Shown here: piece by piece, positions 9,530-16,572 of the stretch
Numbering within the stretch: the first letter of the stretch is position 1
How the letters are laid out: each line of letters opens with the position of its first letter
Source of the DNA: Candidatus Kuenenia stuttgartensis
GTDB lineage: Bacteria > Planctomycetota > Brocadiia > Brocadiales > Brocadiaceae
Direction: 5' to 3'
Assembly: GCF_900232105.1 (NCBI RefSeq)
Contig: NZ_LT934425.1
Location: forward strand, 3,660,001 to 3,692,000
DNA length: 32,000 nucleotides
Notes under the pieces: model-generated
Seen by the model: the letters and a program-made list of their open reading frames with translations, nothing else
The model's database searches: none
What the model was told of the DNA's origin: nothing
Position numbers and translations under genes: made by a program

Positions 9530-9585
9530 AACGCCGAACTAAGCGCCGGCTGGTTTTTGCCGTCCGCTTGAGCGACTTGTTACGC
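9526..9585 (-). other. attC-like recombination site B (minus orientation)
   Basis: Read on the minus strand: GCGTAAC-aag-tcgctcaagcggacggc-aaaaa-ccagccggcgcttag-ttcggc-GTTATGT. Its left arm is nearly identical to that of site C (aacaagNcgctNcagcggacg). Confidence 0.6.
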
Positions 9586-9594
9586 GGCTGATTG

Positions 9595-9900
9595 TCATTT
9601 GATGTTGGCAGTTATTCGCCGTTTAGATGGAATAATCTCGATCAATGATCTAAGTGCTTTGTTGACCGCTTCCGAATCAGGAAAATATTTTTTTACGTCC
9701 GGCGCCAACAGAACTGCTCCATCTTCAAGCTTAAAATACTGTACTGAGATAGTGCCATCAGCCTGATGTATCTCAACTTTATGACCCGAACGATACGCTT
9801 TGTAGTGTTTTCCCCGTACCGCTCTTTTCATACTGGGAAAATCGTATTCCGACCTCATATCTTCTTCCCTCAACGAGCCTTTAGTGGATACCTTCTTCAT
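9595..9900 (-). CDS. Small antitoxin-like protein (orphan), family uncertain
   Basis: 101 aa. MRSEYDF...RGK near the N-terminus and LLAPDVKKYFPDSEAVNKALRSLIEI at the C-terminus resemble small TA antitoxins of the BrnA/DUF4415-like kind. There is no adjacent toxin ORF. Confidence 0.35.
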   Translation of the reverse strand: MKKVSTKGSLREEDMRSEYDFPSMKRAVRGKHYKAYRSGHKVEIHQADGTISVQYFKLEDGAVLLAPDVKKYFPDSEAVNKALRSLIEIIPSKRRITANIK

Positions 9901-9969
9901 AAAATCTTCTTTCGCGTGCTGTTGCCTTTCTGCAATTGATAATACGTATTTTATCCTTTCGTTCCGTAT

Positions 9970-10045
9970 GGGGGATAGGGGGACACACTTCCCATATTTT
10001 GTTTGATCTGGTAGGAGAATAAGGGACGTGTTCCCATATTTCCCC
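9970..10045. repeat. REP-like hairpin copy 3
   Basis: gggggatagggggacacacttcccatattttgtttgatctggtaggagaataagggacgtgttcccatatttcccc has the same arms and loop motif as the other copies. Confidence 0.8.
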
Positions 10046-10337
10046 TTAATAAAGGTTAGGTTGATGTGTATGGAGAGATTCCTTCCCGTTCACTCCTCAG
10101 AATAACCAAAAAAAAGCTTGCATTCTTCTTTATTTTTGTAGTATCTTCCTTTTTAAAGCAAAAGCAATTTCCTATCATCTTGATTTCGCCAAGGGGAGAA
10201 GACAATACAGGAAGCTCTCTTCGTAACAACAAGTTCGAACATGACCATCAAATGTCCACCAGACAAGTCGGAAATGGACCGCAAGCCGAAACTCATGAAC
10301 CGTCTTCGTGAAGCCCTTTCAGCAACAGCACAGCAAC

Positions 10338-11255
10338 TATCGCTGCACAAAGAGATAACCTTTAAAGGGGTGACATTTTTATCCTTAAATACCTATTTTT
10401 AGTACAGAAAAGAGTTGTTTAAGTAATTTTTGTTATGGCACGTGCAAATAGACATTATATCCCAAATTATGTTTGGCATATTACTCATAGATGCCATAAA
10501 AAAGAATTTCTTTTGAAATTTCTGAAAGATCGTAAGCGTTGGATGTACTGGCTGTTTGAAGCTAAAAAGAGATTTGGATTAAGGATATTAAACTATACTG
10601 TCACATCAAATCATATTCATCTATTGGTTATTGACAATGGTCGTGAGGTTATTCCGAAGAGTATCCAATTGGTAGCGGGGAGAACTGCACAGGAGTATAA
10701 TCAAAGAAAAAAGCGTAAGGGTGCATTTTGGGAAGACAGATATCACGCAACGGCAATAGAAACTGACATACATTTGATAAGATGTATGATGTATATTGAT
10801 TTGAATATGGTCAGGGCTGGTGTTGTAAAGCATCCGTGTGAATGGGCAATGAGTGGATATGATGAGATACAAAACCCACCGGATAGATACGCCTTAATAG
10901 ACATAAAAGGCTTGATTGAATTATGTGGGTTATCCAACAAGGAACAACTGAGGCATGAATATAAACAATGGGTAGAAGCTGCCATTAATGATAATGGCCT
11001 CAGGAGAGAGTCCTGTTGGACAGCAAGTATCGCAGTAGGGAGTAGGCGATTTGTAGAAGATACGAAGGTTAAGTTAGGTTTAAAAGCACATGGACGCAAG
11101 GTAGAGGAGGGTAACGATAAGTTTGTACTTAAAGAACCGATTGTTCCTTACAAGGCTCATTTAAGTGCCAAAAAAGATCTTCTAAGGCATGAAAACATGT
11201 ATTGTTGGGGGGGGAAACATAGTCAACGCAACAGGTTAGCTTGGTCCGACCCGAT
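10338..11255 (+). mobile_element. Y1-transposase (IS200-like / RAYT-type) repeat unit, left copy
   Basis: The 918 bp are co-linear with 17749-18665 at an offset of 7411. By eye I saw roughly ten substitutions plus one indel in a G-run. Confidence 0.85.
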
Positions 11256-11316
11256 TTACCAACCCCAAAGAGGGAGTTCAATCTCTCATCAGAAAAGTAG
11301 GGGACATTATACGTAA
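10435..11316 (+). CDS. IS200-like/REP-associated tyrosine (HUH, Y1) transposase; C-terminus altered by read-through
   Basis: HUH motif in TSNHIHLLV and the catalytic-Tyr helix motif MMYIDLNMVRAGVV. G8 here replaces GGGGGTG in the right copy, which removes the TGA stop. The ORF therefore runs on into group II intron-derived DNA. Confidence 0.8.
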   Translation: MARANRHYIPNYVWHITHRCHKKEFLLKFLKDRKRWMYWLFEAKKRFGLRILNYTVTSNHIHLLVIDNGREVIPKSIQLVAGRTAQEYNQRKKRKGAFWEDRYHATAIETDIHLIRCMMYIDLNMVRAGVVKHPCEWAMSGYDEIQNPPDRYALIDIKGLIELCGLSNKEQLRHEYKQWVEAAINDNGLRRESCWTASIAVGSRRFVEDTKVKLGLKAHGRKVEEGNDKFVLKEPIVPYKAHLSAKKDLLRHENMYCWGGKHSQRNRLAWSDPIYQPQRGSSISHQKSRGHYT

Positions 11317-11864
11317 ACATGTGAGTGCTCCTATTGAAGCCTTGTTTGAAAAGCTCAACTCTGTTCTACGAGGTTGGGCTAATTATCACAGGCATGTTGT
11401 CTCATCGGAAGCATTCAGCCGTGTTGACACCTATATCTTTGAACAACTATGGCGTATGGTAAGAAGAAGGCATCAGAACAAGACCAAAGGCTGGCTAATA
11501 AAAAAGTACTGGTCAGCCGCAGGAAAACATGTCTTTTCAATCTTACACAAGTAAAAAGAGAAGACTCGAATTTTAAAAATAATTCGGGTAAGCTCTATAG
11601 GGATAAAAAGGCATATAAAGATTAAAGCAGAAGCAACTCCTTACCTTTCTGAATACAGTAATTATTTCTGGAGAAGGAGAAACAGTAAGGAATCACGTCT
11701 GCTTGGTGCGCTATCACATCGCCAATATCAGGCAATGATAGCATCGAGGTAAAACAGTCGGGTTGTCCCACAAGGGCAGCTTATTGAAATGCTTGAGCTG
11801 TATGATGGGAAACTATCACGTACAGTTCTTAGGAGGGAATCGGGCAGCAATGCCCGTGACCTAT
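11256..11864 (+). mobile_element. 5'-truncated group II intron (3' part of the IEP ORF, then domains V and VI)
   Basis: Domain V at 11795-11828 (GAGCTGTATGATGGGAAACTATCACGTACAGTTC) is a 34-nt match to the GAGCCGTAT...GAAA...ACGTACGGTTC consensus, with the AGC triad and a GAAA loop. It is followed by a GNRA-capped hairpin (cgggca-gcaa-tgcccg) with a possible bulged A. The putative 3' end ...ctat is near 11864. Confidence 0.75.
11258..11752 (+). pseudogene. Group II intron reverse transcriptase/maturase, C-terminal remnant with an in-frame stop
   Basis: The frame reads ...TNPKEGVQSLIRKVGDIIRKHVSAPIEALFEKLNSVLRGWANYHRHVVSSEAF...LIKKYWSAAGKHVFSILHK*KEKTRILKIIRVSSIGIKRHIKIKAEATPYLSEYSNYFWRRR... 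The RGWANYH and RH-KIK---PY motifs are typical of the maturase/C-terminal region. A TAA at 11552-11554 interrupts the frame. Confidence 0.75.
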
Positions 11865-11923
11865 CCGGTGCGGCCAATTAAATTACGGCATAAATCAAAT
11901 CCAATAATCATAAGGATAAGAAT

Positions 11924-14017
11924 ATGAAGGCAAGCGAAACAAAGGTAGAAGACTTTTTATCATCAAACAAGACACAATTCATAATCCCTGTTTATCAAAG
12001 GAATTATGACTGGTCTATCAGTCAATGCAAACTGCTACTCGATGACATTCTCGAAGTTGGTACAAACAAGAAGATGAACGCCCATTTTATCGGCAGTATC
12101 GTTTATGTTCACGATGACGTATACACGGCATCAAGAATCAAGGAACTTACCGTCATTGATGGTCAGCAACGAGTTACAACCTTGACCCTGATTTATTTGG
12201 TATTACATCGTCTTGCACAGGAACTCAAAGAAGAAAAGCTTGTTAATGAAATCAGTGAAACGTATTTAATAAACAAGTTTGCTCCTGAAGAAGAAAAGCT
12301 GAAACTCCGGCCAACAGACAATAACGATAAAGCACTGAAATACCTTTTGCGCGGCGATGCAAATGAAGAATACTCTGATTTTTCAAAACTCATTGATAAC
12401 TTCAATTATTTCAAAGGCAGAATTACAGAAGATAACTATCAGATAGTATTGACTGGTTTATCAAAATTAATGTTCGTCGAAATTTCGCTTGACCGAGAAA
12501 GAGACGAGCCGCAGCGAATATTTGAGAGCCTTAATTCAACTGGCCTGGAACTTTCACAAGCTGACCTGATTCGCAACTATATTTTGATGGGTCTCAAACG
12601 AAGAGAGCAGAATAAGATTTATCAGAATTATTGGGAAGTAATTGAAAAACTTGCCAAGGATGAAATTCTTAATGTCAGCCGCGTTTCTGATTTCATCCGC
12701 GATTATTTAACAGTCGAAAATAATAATATTCCGAACAAAGGCAGAGTATATTTTGAATTCAAATCAAAGTATCCTACATCTACCCTTGAAGAATTGGAAT
12801 CAAACTTATCAGGAATTAAATCATTAGGAAAGCACTATAACAAGCTGATTAATCCGAAAAATGAACCGGATAAAGAAATAAGATTGCAACTCGAATATAT
12901 TAACCGCCTTGAAATTAATGTTGCCTATCCCTTTTTGATGAAGGTATATGATGATTACAGCAACTCCATAATTGACAAAGCAACATTCTTAAAGGTTTTA
13001 GATACAATCCAATCATTCACTTGGCGTCGTTTTATTGTTGGTCTCCCAACAAATGCTTTGAATAAAATATTTATGAATCTTTACGACAAGGTTGAGCGAG
13101 AGAATTATTTATATTCAATTCAAAAAGCTTTATTACAGCGGGCAGGAGTTCAAAGATATCCTAAAAATGAAGAGACCATAGATGCATTAAAAGTAAAAGA
13201 TGTTTACAACATAAAGGCTAAGAACAGAATATATTTACTTGAGCGGCTTGAAAATTATGACAACCGTGAACACGTCGCAATTGATGGAAATCCAGATATT
13301 ACAATTGAACATATCTTTCCGCAGAATCCTGATACCAAATGGAAAATTGAATTAGGTAATGATGAATATTCTTTCATTAAGGAAAATTATTTAAATACAA
13401 TCGGCAACCTTACCCTTTCCGGCAACAATGGAAAACTTGGCAATAAGCCATTCCTCGAAAAAAGAGATAAAGAAAACGATGGTTACAAAGATAGCAGGCT
13501 GTGGCTAAACAAATATCTGTCAGTCGCAGAGAAGTGGGACAGGGCGGAAATTGAAAGACGTTTTGGCATAATTGCAGAGAGATTCTTGAAAATATGGGAG
13601 CTTCCAACCATAGCTTTTGCTGAGGATAATGGCAATAATGAAGTTAATATATTTGAGGCAGAGGACCCAAAATTCAAGAAATTGGAGTATGCCATATTTC
13701 TGGATCAAAAACTTGAAATCAGGGCGGTGTCTCAGCTTTACGTTGAAGTATTCAAACAACTCTTTGAATTACAACCTGAAACATTCTTTACATCAGACAT
13801 AGGGCTGCGCATCGGCTTAACTAAAAATCCAGTCGAAGGAAGCCCCAGACAACCAATTGCCATTAACGACACGTATTTTATTGAAAGCAACTTAGACAAT
13901 ATAGGTAAGTTTGACAGGATTAAGCAGGCACTGACCTTGCTCAATCTTGAGGATGAATTAACAATTAAATATGCAAATGAAAACGCCGAACAAAAAAATC
14001 AACCCGACGCAGAATAG
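11924..14017 (+). CDS. DUF262 + DUF1524 (GmrSD/BrxU/SspE-like) nuclease-NTPase, putative type IV restriction/defence enzyme with ~170-aa C-terminal extension
   Basis: N-terminal motifs are IPVYQRNYDWSISQCKLLLDDI and VIDGQQRVTTL (DUF262 DGQQR). DUF1524 His-Me-like motifs are ITIEHIFPQNP and NTIGNLTLSGNNGKLGNKPF. Confidence 0.8.
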   Translation: MKASETKVEDFLSSNKTQFIIPVYQRNYDWSISQCKLLLDDILEVGTNKKMNAHFIGSIVYVHDDVYTASRIKELTVIDGQQRVTTLTLIYLVLHRLAQELKEEKLVNEISETYLINKFAPEEEKLKLRPTDNNDKALKYLLRGDANEEYSDFSKLIDNFNYFKGRITEDNYQIVLTGLSKLMFVEISLDRERDEPQRIFESLNSTGLELSQADLIRNYILMGLKRREQNKIYQNYWEVIEKLAKDEILNVSRVSDFIRDYLTVENNNIPNKGRVYFEFKSKYPTSTLEELESNLSGIKSLGKHYNKLINPKNEPDKEIRLQLEYINRLEINVAYPFLMKVYDDYSNSIIDKATFLKVLDTIQSFTWRRFIVGLPTNALNKIFMNLYDKVERENYLYSIQKALLQRAGVQRYPKNEETIDALKVKDVYNIKAKNRIYLLERLENYDNREHVAIDGNPDITIEHIFPQNPDTKWKIELGNDEYSFIKENYLNTIGNLTLSGNNGKLGNKPFLEKRDKENDGYKDSRLWLNKYLSVAEKWDRAEIERRFGIIAERFLKIWELPTIAFAEDNGNNEVNIFEAEDPKFKKLEYAIFLDQKLEIRAVSQLYVEVFKQLFELQPETFFTSDIGLRIGLTKNPVEGSPRQPIAINDTYFIESNLDNIGKFDRIKQALTLLNLEDELTIKYANENAEQKNQPDAE

Positions 14018-14072
14018 CGTCGGCGGTTTTTCCCGAAGTGGTTGCCTGCGCGGGTTATTTAAGTCGTTCTGC
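13985..14072 (+). other. attC-like recombination site F
   Basis: GCCGAAC-aaaaaaatc-AACCCGaCGCAG...CCTGCGCGGGTT-atttaagtc-GTTCTGC. The inner boxes pair over 11 bp with one bulged A. The right box is the exact complement of site C's left box. It overlaps the stop codon of the DUF262/DUF1524 gene. The internal hairpin ccgacgc-agaata-gcgtcgg followed by a T-run could double as a terminator. Confidence 0.6.
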
Positions 14073-14084
14073 TGATAAATAAAA

Positions 14085-14621
14085 ATGTCTCCATACACTA
14101 CATTTGATGATATCCGTTCGATTAATGAAAAAATTGATCGAAACGTAATTATTAAAGAAGCTTATAGCCGTCAGTATCCTAGTGTGTTTCTTTCACATTC
14201 TTCCGCTGATCATGAATCTTTGCCTGCTGTAATAAAAATACTCGAGAACCATGGTGGAAGAGTCTATATAGATGATGGTGATCCCAGGTTATCAGGAAAG
14301 GTAAACCCTAATACAGCCGAAGTCCTGCGTGAAACAATTGGTAAGTGTAGCAAATTGGTCGTATTAGTAACAACAAACACGAAAGACAGCCGCTGGGTGC
14401 CTTGGGAATTGGGTCTTGGAGATGGGAAAAAATTTCAAAGTAGCATAGCCATTTTCCCAGTCGTAAAGGATTCGTTGACAGAAAGCTGGCATGAGCAGGA
14501 ATATCTTGGATTATATAAAAGAATAGTGTGGTCAAAATTTAAAGGTAAAGATAAGAGTGAATGGATGGTTTGGGACCATAACGATAACACAGCCACTGGC
14601 TTGGGAGAATGGCTCCGTTAG
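14085..14621 (+). CDS. TIR-domain protein 1
   Basis: SVFLSHSSADHE (betaA-like), RVYIDD and KLVVLVTTNTKDSRWVPWELGLG (a W..E glutamate motif as in bacterial TIR NADases). 178 aa. Confidence 0.7.
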   Translation: MSPYTTFDDIRSINEKIDRNVIIKEAYSRQYPSVFLSHSSADHESLPAVIKILENHGGRVYIDDGDPRLSGKVNPNTAEVLRETIGKCSKLVVLVTTNTKDSRWVPWELGLGDGKKFQSSIAIFPVVKDSLTESWHEQEYLGLYKRIVWSKFKGKDKSEWMVWDHNDNTATGLGEWLR

Positions 14622-14636
14622 GGAAAGGTTCGCTAA

Positions 14637-15215
14637 ATGCAAAATTACGGCATATTATCTGGTCTACGCATCCCACCTAAGCATAAGGTTTTTATAAGTT
14701 ATCACCATGCCAATGATCAATGGGATAGGGATCGATTCGAAAATTTATTTAGTAATTATTATAGCGTTTTTATTTCAAAATCTGTCCAAATAGGTGAAAT
14801 TAGCGCATTCCTAAAAACAGATACCATTCGACAAAAAATCCGGGATGAATACCTCAGAGACAGCACGGTTACAGTAGTACTCATTGGTAAAGAAACATGG
14901 AAAAGAAAGAATGTTGACTGGGAAATTGGTGCGAGTCTAAGGCACACAATTTTAAATTCAAGATCTGGATTACTGGGAATTTTTTTGCCAGATCATCCTG
15001 ATTTTGGTCGGGATAAATATATACCTTACATAACCCCTCCTCGCCTTCATTATTGCGCCAAATGCGGTTATGCTACACTTCATGATTGGTCTGATGACCC
15101 AGCGATAGTTTCACAATGGATAGAAGGAGCGTTTAACCGCCGTTTTAAGGTTGATCCAGATAATTCATTTCCCTCTTTCATTAATAACAAATCGGGAGAA
15201 AGGTGGTCAGAATGA
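14637..15215 (+). CDS. TIR-like protein 2 (DUF1863/ThsB-like flavour)
   Basis: KVFISYHHANDQWDRDRF and STVTVVLIGKETWKRKNVDWEIGASL match the pattern I associate with ThsB-type TIR-like domains. Confidence 0.65.
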   Translation: MQNYGILSGLRIPPKHKVFISYHHANDQWDRDRFENLFSNYYSVFISKSVQIGEISAFLKTDTIRQKIRDEYLRDSTVTVVLIGKETWKRKNVDWEIGASLRHTILNSRSGLLGIFLPDHPDFGRDKYIPYITPPRLHYCAKCGYATLHDWSDDPAIVSQWIEGAFNRRFKVDPDNSFPSFINNKSGERWSE

Positions 15216-15685
15216 AATGGAAAGAATGGCTTGAAAATTGGAGTATGACAACCCTTAAAATAAATCCACCTTTTCTGGAAATGGAGTGGAAGCCTAAAGA
15301 TGAGGACAAAGATGCAGCTTGGGAGCTATATATTGAGCTTCTAACACGCATTACCACACAACCACTCCCCAAAGAACATGGCGATGAATCTACAGCACTT
15401 GATTCTATTCATTCCATATTCAACCTTACCAGAGAAGTTATCAAAAGGCGTGGTCGTCTCTGTATTGAATTTACTAAAATTGCGATTGTGATTCTTAACC
15501 AAAAAATTAGACCATTCACTGCAAAATGGCACAAACTGATGATAGACAAAGCTTTTGAGAATCCTACGAAATGCGCGGAGTTTAGGAAAGAACTAGAGGA
15601 GCTTCAAAAAATTTTACTAATATACACGAAAATGCTTGCAGATATGTCAGGGGTAGAGGATTTGACAGAACTTGAGAAACAATAA
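15212..15685 (+). CDS. Hypothetical all-alpha protein, unknown family, translationally coupled to TIR-like protein 2
   Basis: An ATGA start/stop overlap at 15212-15215. I prefer this ATG to the GTG at 15203. I see no TM segment and no recognisable catalytic motif. The sequence is helical-looking (AAWELYIELLTRITTQPL..., KCAEFRKELEELQKILLIYTKMLADM). Confidence 0.55.
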   Translation: MKWKEWLENWSMTTLKINPPFLEMEWKPKDEDKDAAWELYIELLTRITTQPLPKEHGDESTALDSIHSIFNLTREVIKRRGRLCIEFTKIAIVILNQKIRPFTAKWHKLMIDKAFENPTKCAEFRKELEELQKILLIYTKMLADMSGVEDLTELEKQ

Positions 15686-15697
15686 ATAAAACCCAAA

Positions 15698-16132
15698 ATG
15701 TCCAGTAATCAAAATAATTCAAGGTTTGTTTTTATTAGTCACAGTAGCCTCGATACTTGGATAGCGAAACAGATAGCTAAGGAGGTCGAACTATGTGGTG
15801 CAATTCCATTCTTAGATGAAGCAAATGTGAATATTGGAGACGAGTTTGAAGATAAAATATTGGAATTTTTGGATAAATCGCACTATTTGATAGTTTTATT
15901 TACCCCTTGGGCCTTAGAACGACCTTATGTATGGGCAGAGATAGGTGCTGCATGGAGCAATCGAATCCCAATAATAGTTGTTTTACATGGTATCACTTCA
16001 TCTGAACTTCAAAAACGCCCTGGAATCCCTGTATTTATTAAAAAACGAGACATAATTGAACTGAACGAAATCGATAAATTCTTTTTGCAATTAAAAAACA
16101 AAATACAAGAGTTTCAATCTGGTGTGCAATGA
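15698..16132 (+). CDS. TIR-domain protein 3
   Basis: RFVFISHSSLDTWIAKQIAKEV, AIPFLDE and YLIVLFTPWALERPYVWAEIGAAW. 144 aa. Confidence 0.7.
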   Translation: MSSNQNNSRFVFISHSSLDTWIAKQIAKEVELCGAIPFLDEANVNIGDEFEDKILEFLDKSHYLIVLFTPWALERPYVWAEIGAAWSNRIPIIVVLHGITSSELQKRPGIPVFIKKRDIIELNEIDKFFLQLKNKIQEFQSGVQ

Positions 16133-16545
16133 ATAAAAAAGTATTTATATCCTATTCAAGGGAAGATACCTCCGAAATAAGAGCTTTAGTTGACAATTTG
16201 AGTCAAATTAACCTTGATATTTGGTCAGATCAAAATATTTCTGCAGGTGATAACTGGGCTAACTTAATTGAAGAGAATCTTAGAAAAAGTGAAATTGTAC
16301 TTTTGTTCATATCTCCACGAGCACTGGCAAGTGAGTGGGTGATGATGGAGTTTGGTGCTGCTGTCGCTTTAAAGAAAAAAATCATTCCTGTGGTTCTTAA
16401 AGATACTCATATTCCCTCCTTCTTGTCAGAGCATAAATATATCAGGGCGAATAGTATTAATGAAGCTGCTGAAAAAATCAAAGAAACATTATGCAAAATA
16501 GCAGAACAAGACGCTTCAGCGGACGAGAAAAAGTCGCGCCGCTGA
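16129..16545 (+). CDS. TIR-domain protein 4
   Basis: KKVFISYSREDTSEIRALV, IWSDQNISAGDNW and IVLLFISPRALASEWVMMEFGAAVALKKKIIPVVL. An ATGA overlap links it to the preceding gene. Confidence 0.75.
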   Translation: MNKKVFISYSREDTSEIRALVDNLSQINLDIWSDQNISAGDNWANLIEENLRKSEIVLLFISPRALASEWVMMEFGAAVALKKKIIPVVLKDTHIPSFLSEHKYIRANSINEAAEKIKETLCKIAEQDASADEKKSRR

Positions 16546-16559
16546 GCTTTTTGTTAGGT
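16501..16559 (+). other. attC-like recombination site C
   Basis: GCAGAAC-aag-acgcttcagcggacg-agaaaaa-gtcgcgccgctgagc-ttttt-GTTAGGT. The arms pair with single-base bulges. It overlaps the last codons of TIR protein 4. Confidence 0.65.
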
Positions 16560-16572
16560 ATATATAGTAAAC

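Noticed and set aside
10241-10337. 5' remnant of an integron integrase gene
   Set aside because: Only ~11 residues (PKLMNRLREAL) resemble the IntI N-terminal helix, and the following HYS-RTE motif is absent. I keep it as a weak hypothesis inside a finding, not as an annotated feature.
14004-14031. Intrinsic terminator after the DUF262/DUF1524 gene (ccgacgc-agaata-gcgtcgg followed by cggttttt)
   Set aside because: It was first read as a plain terminator. However, it lies inside a larger palindrome with AAC/GTT boxes (site F), whose right box is the exact complement of site C's left box. I therefore treat it as the variable centre of an attC-like site. It may still terminate transcription, but I do not list it as a separate feature.
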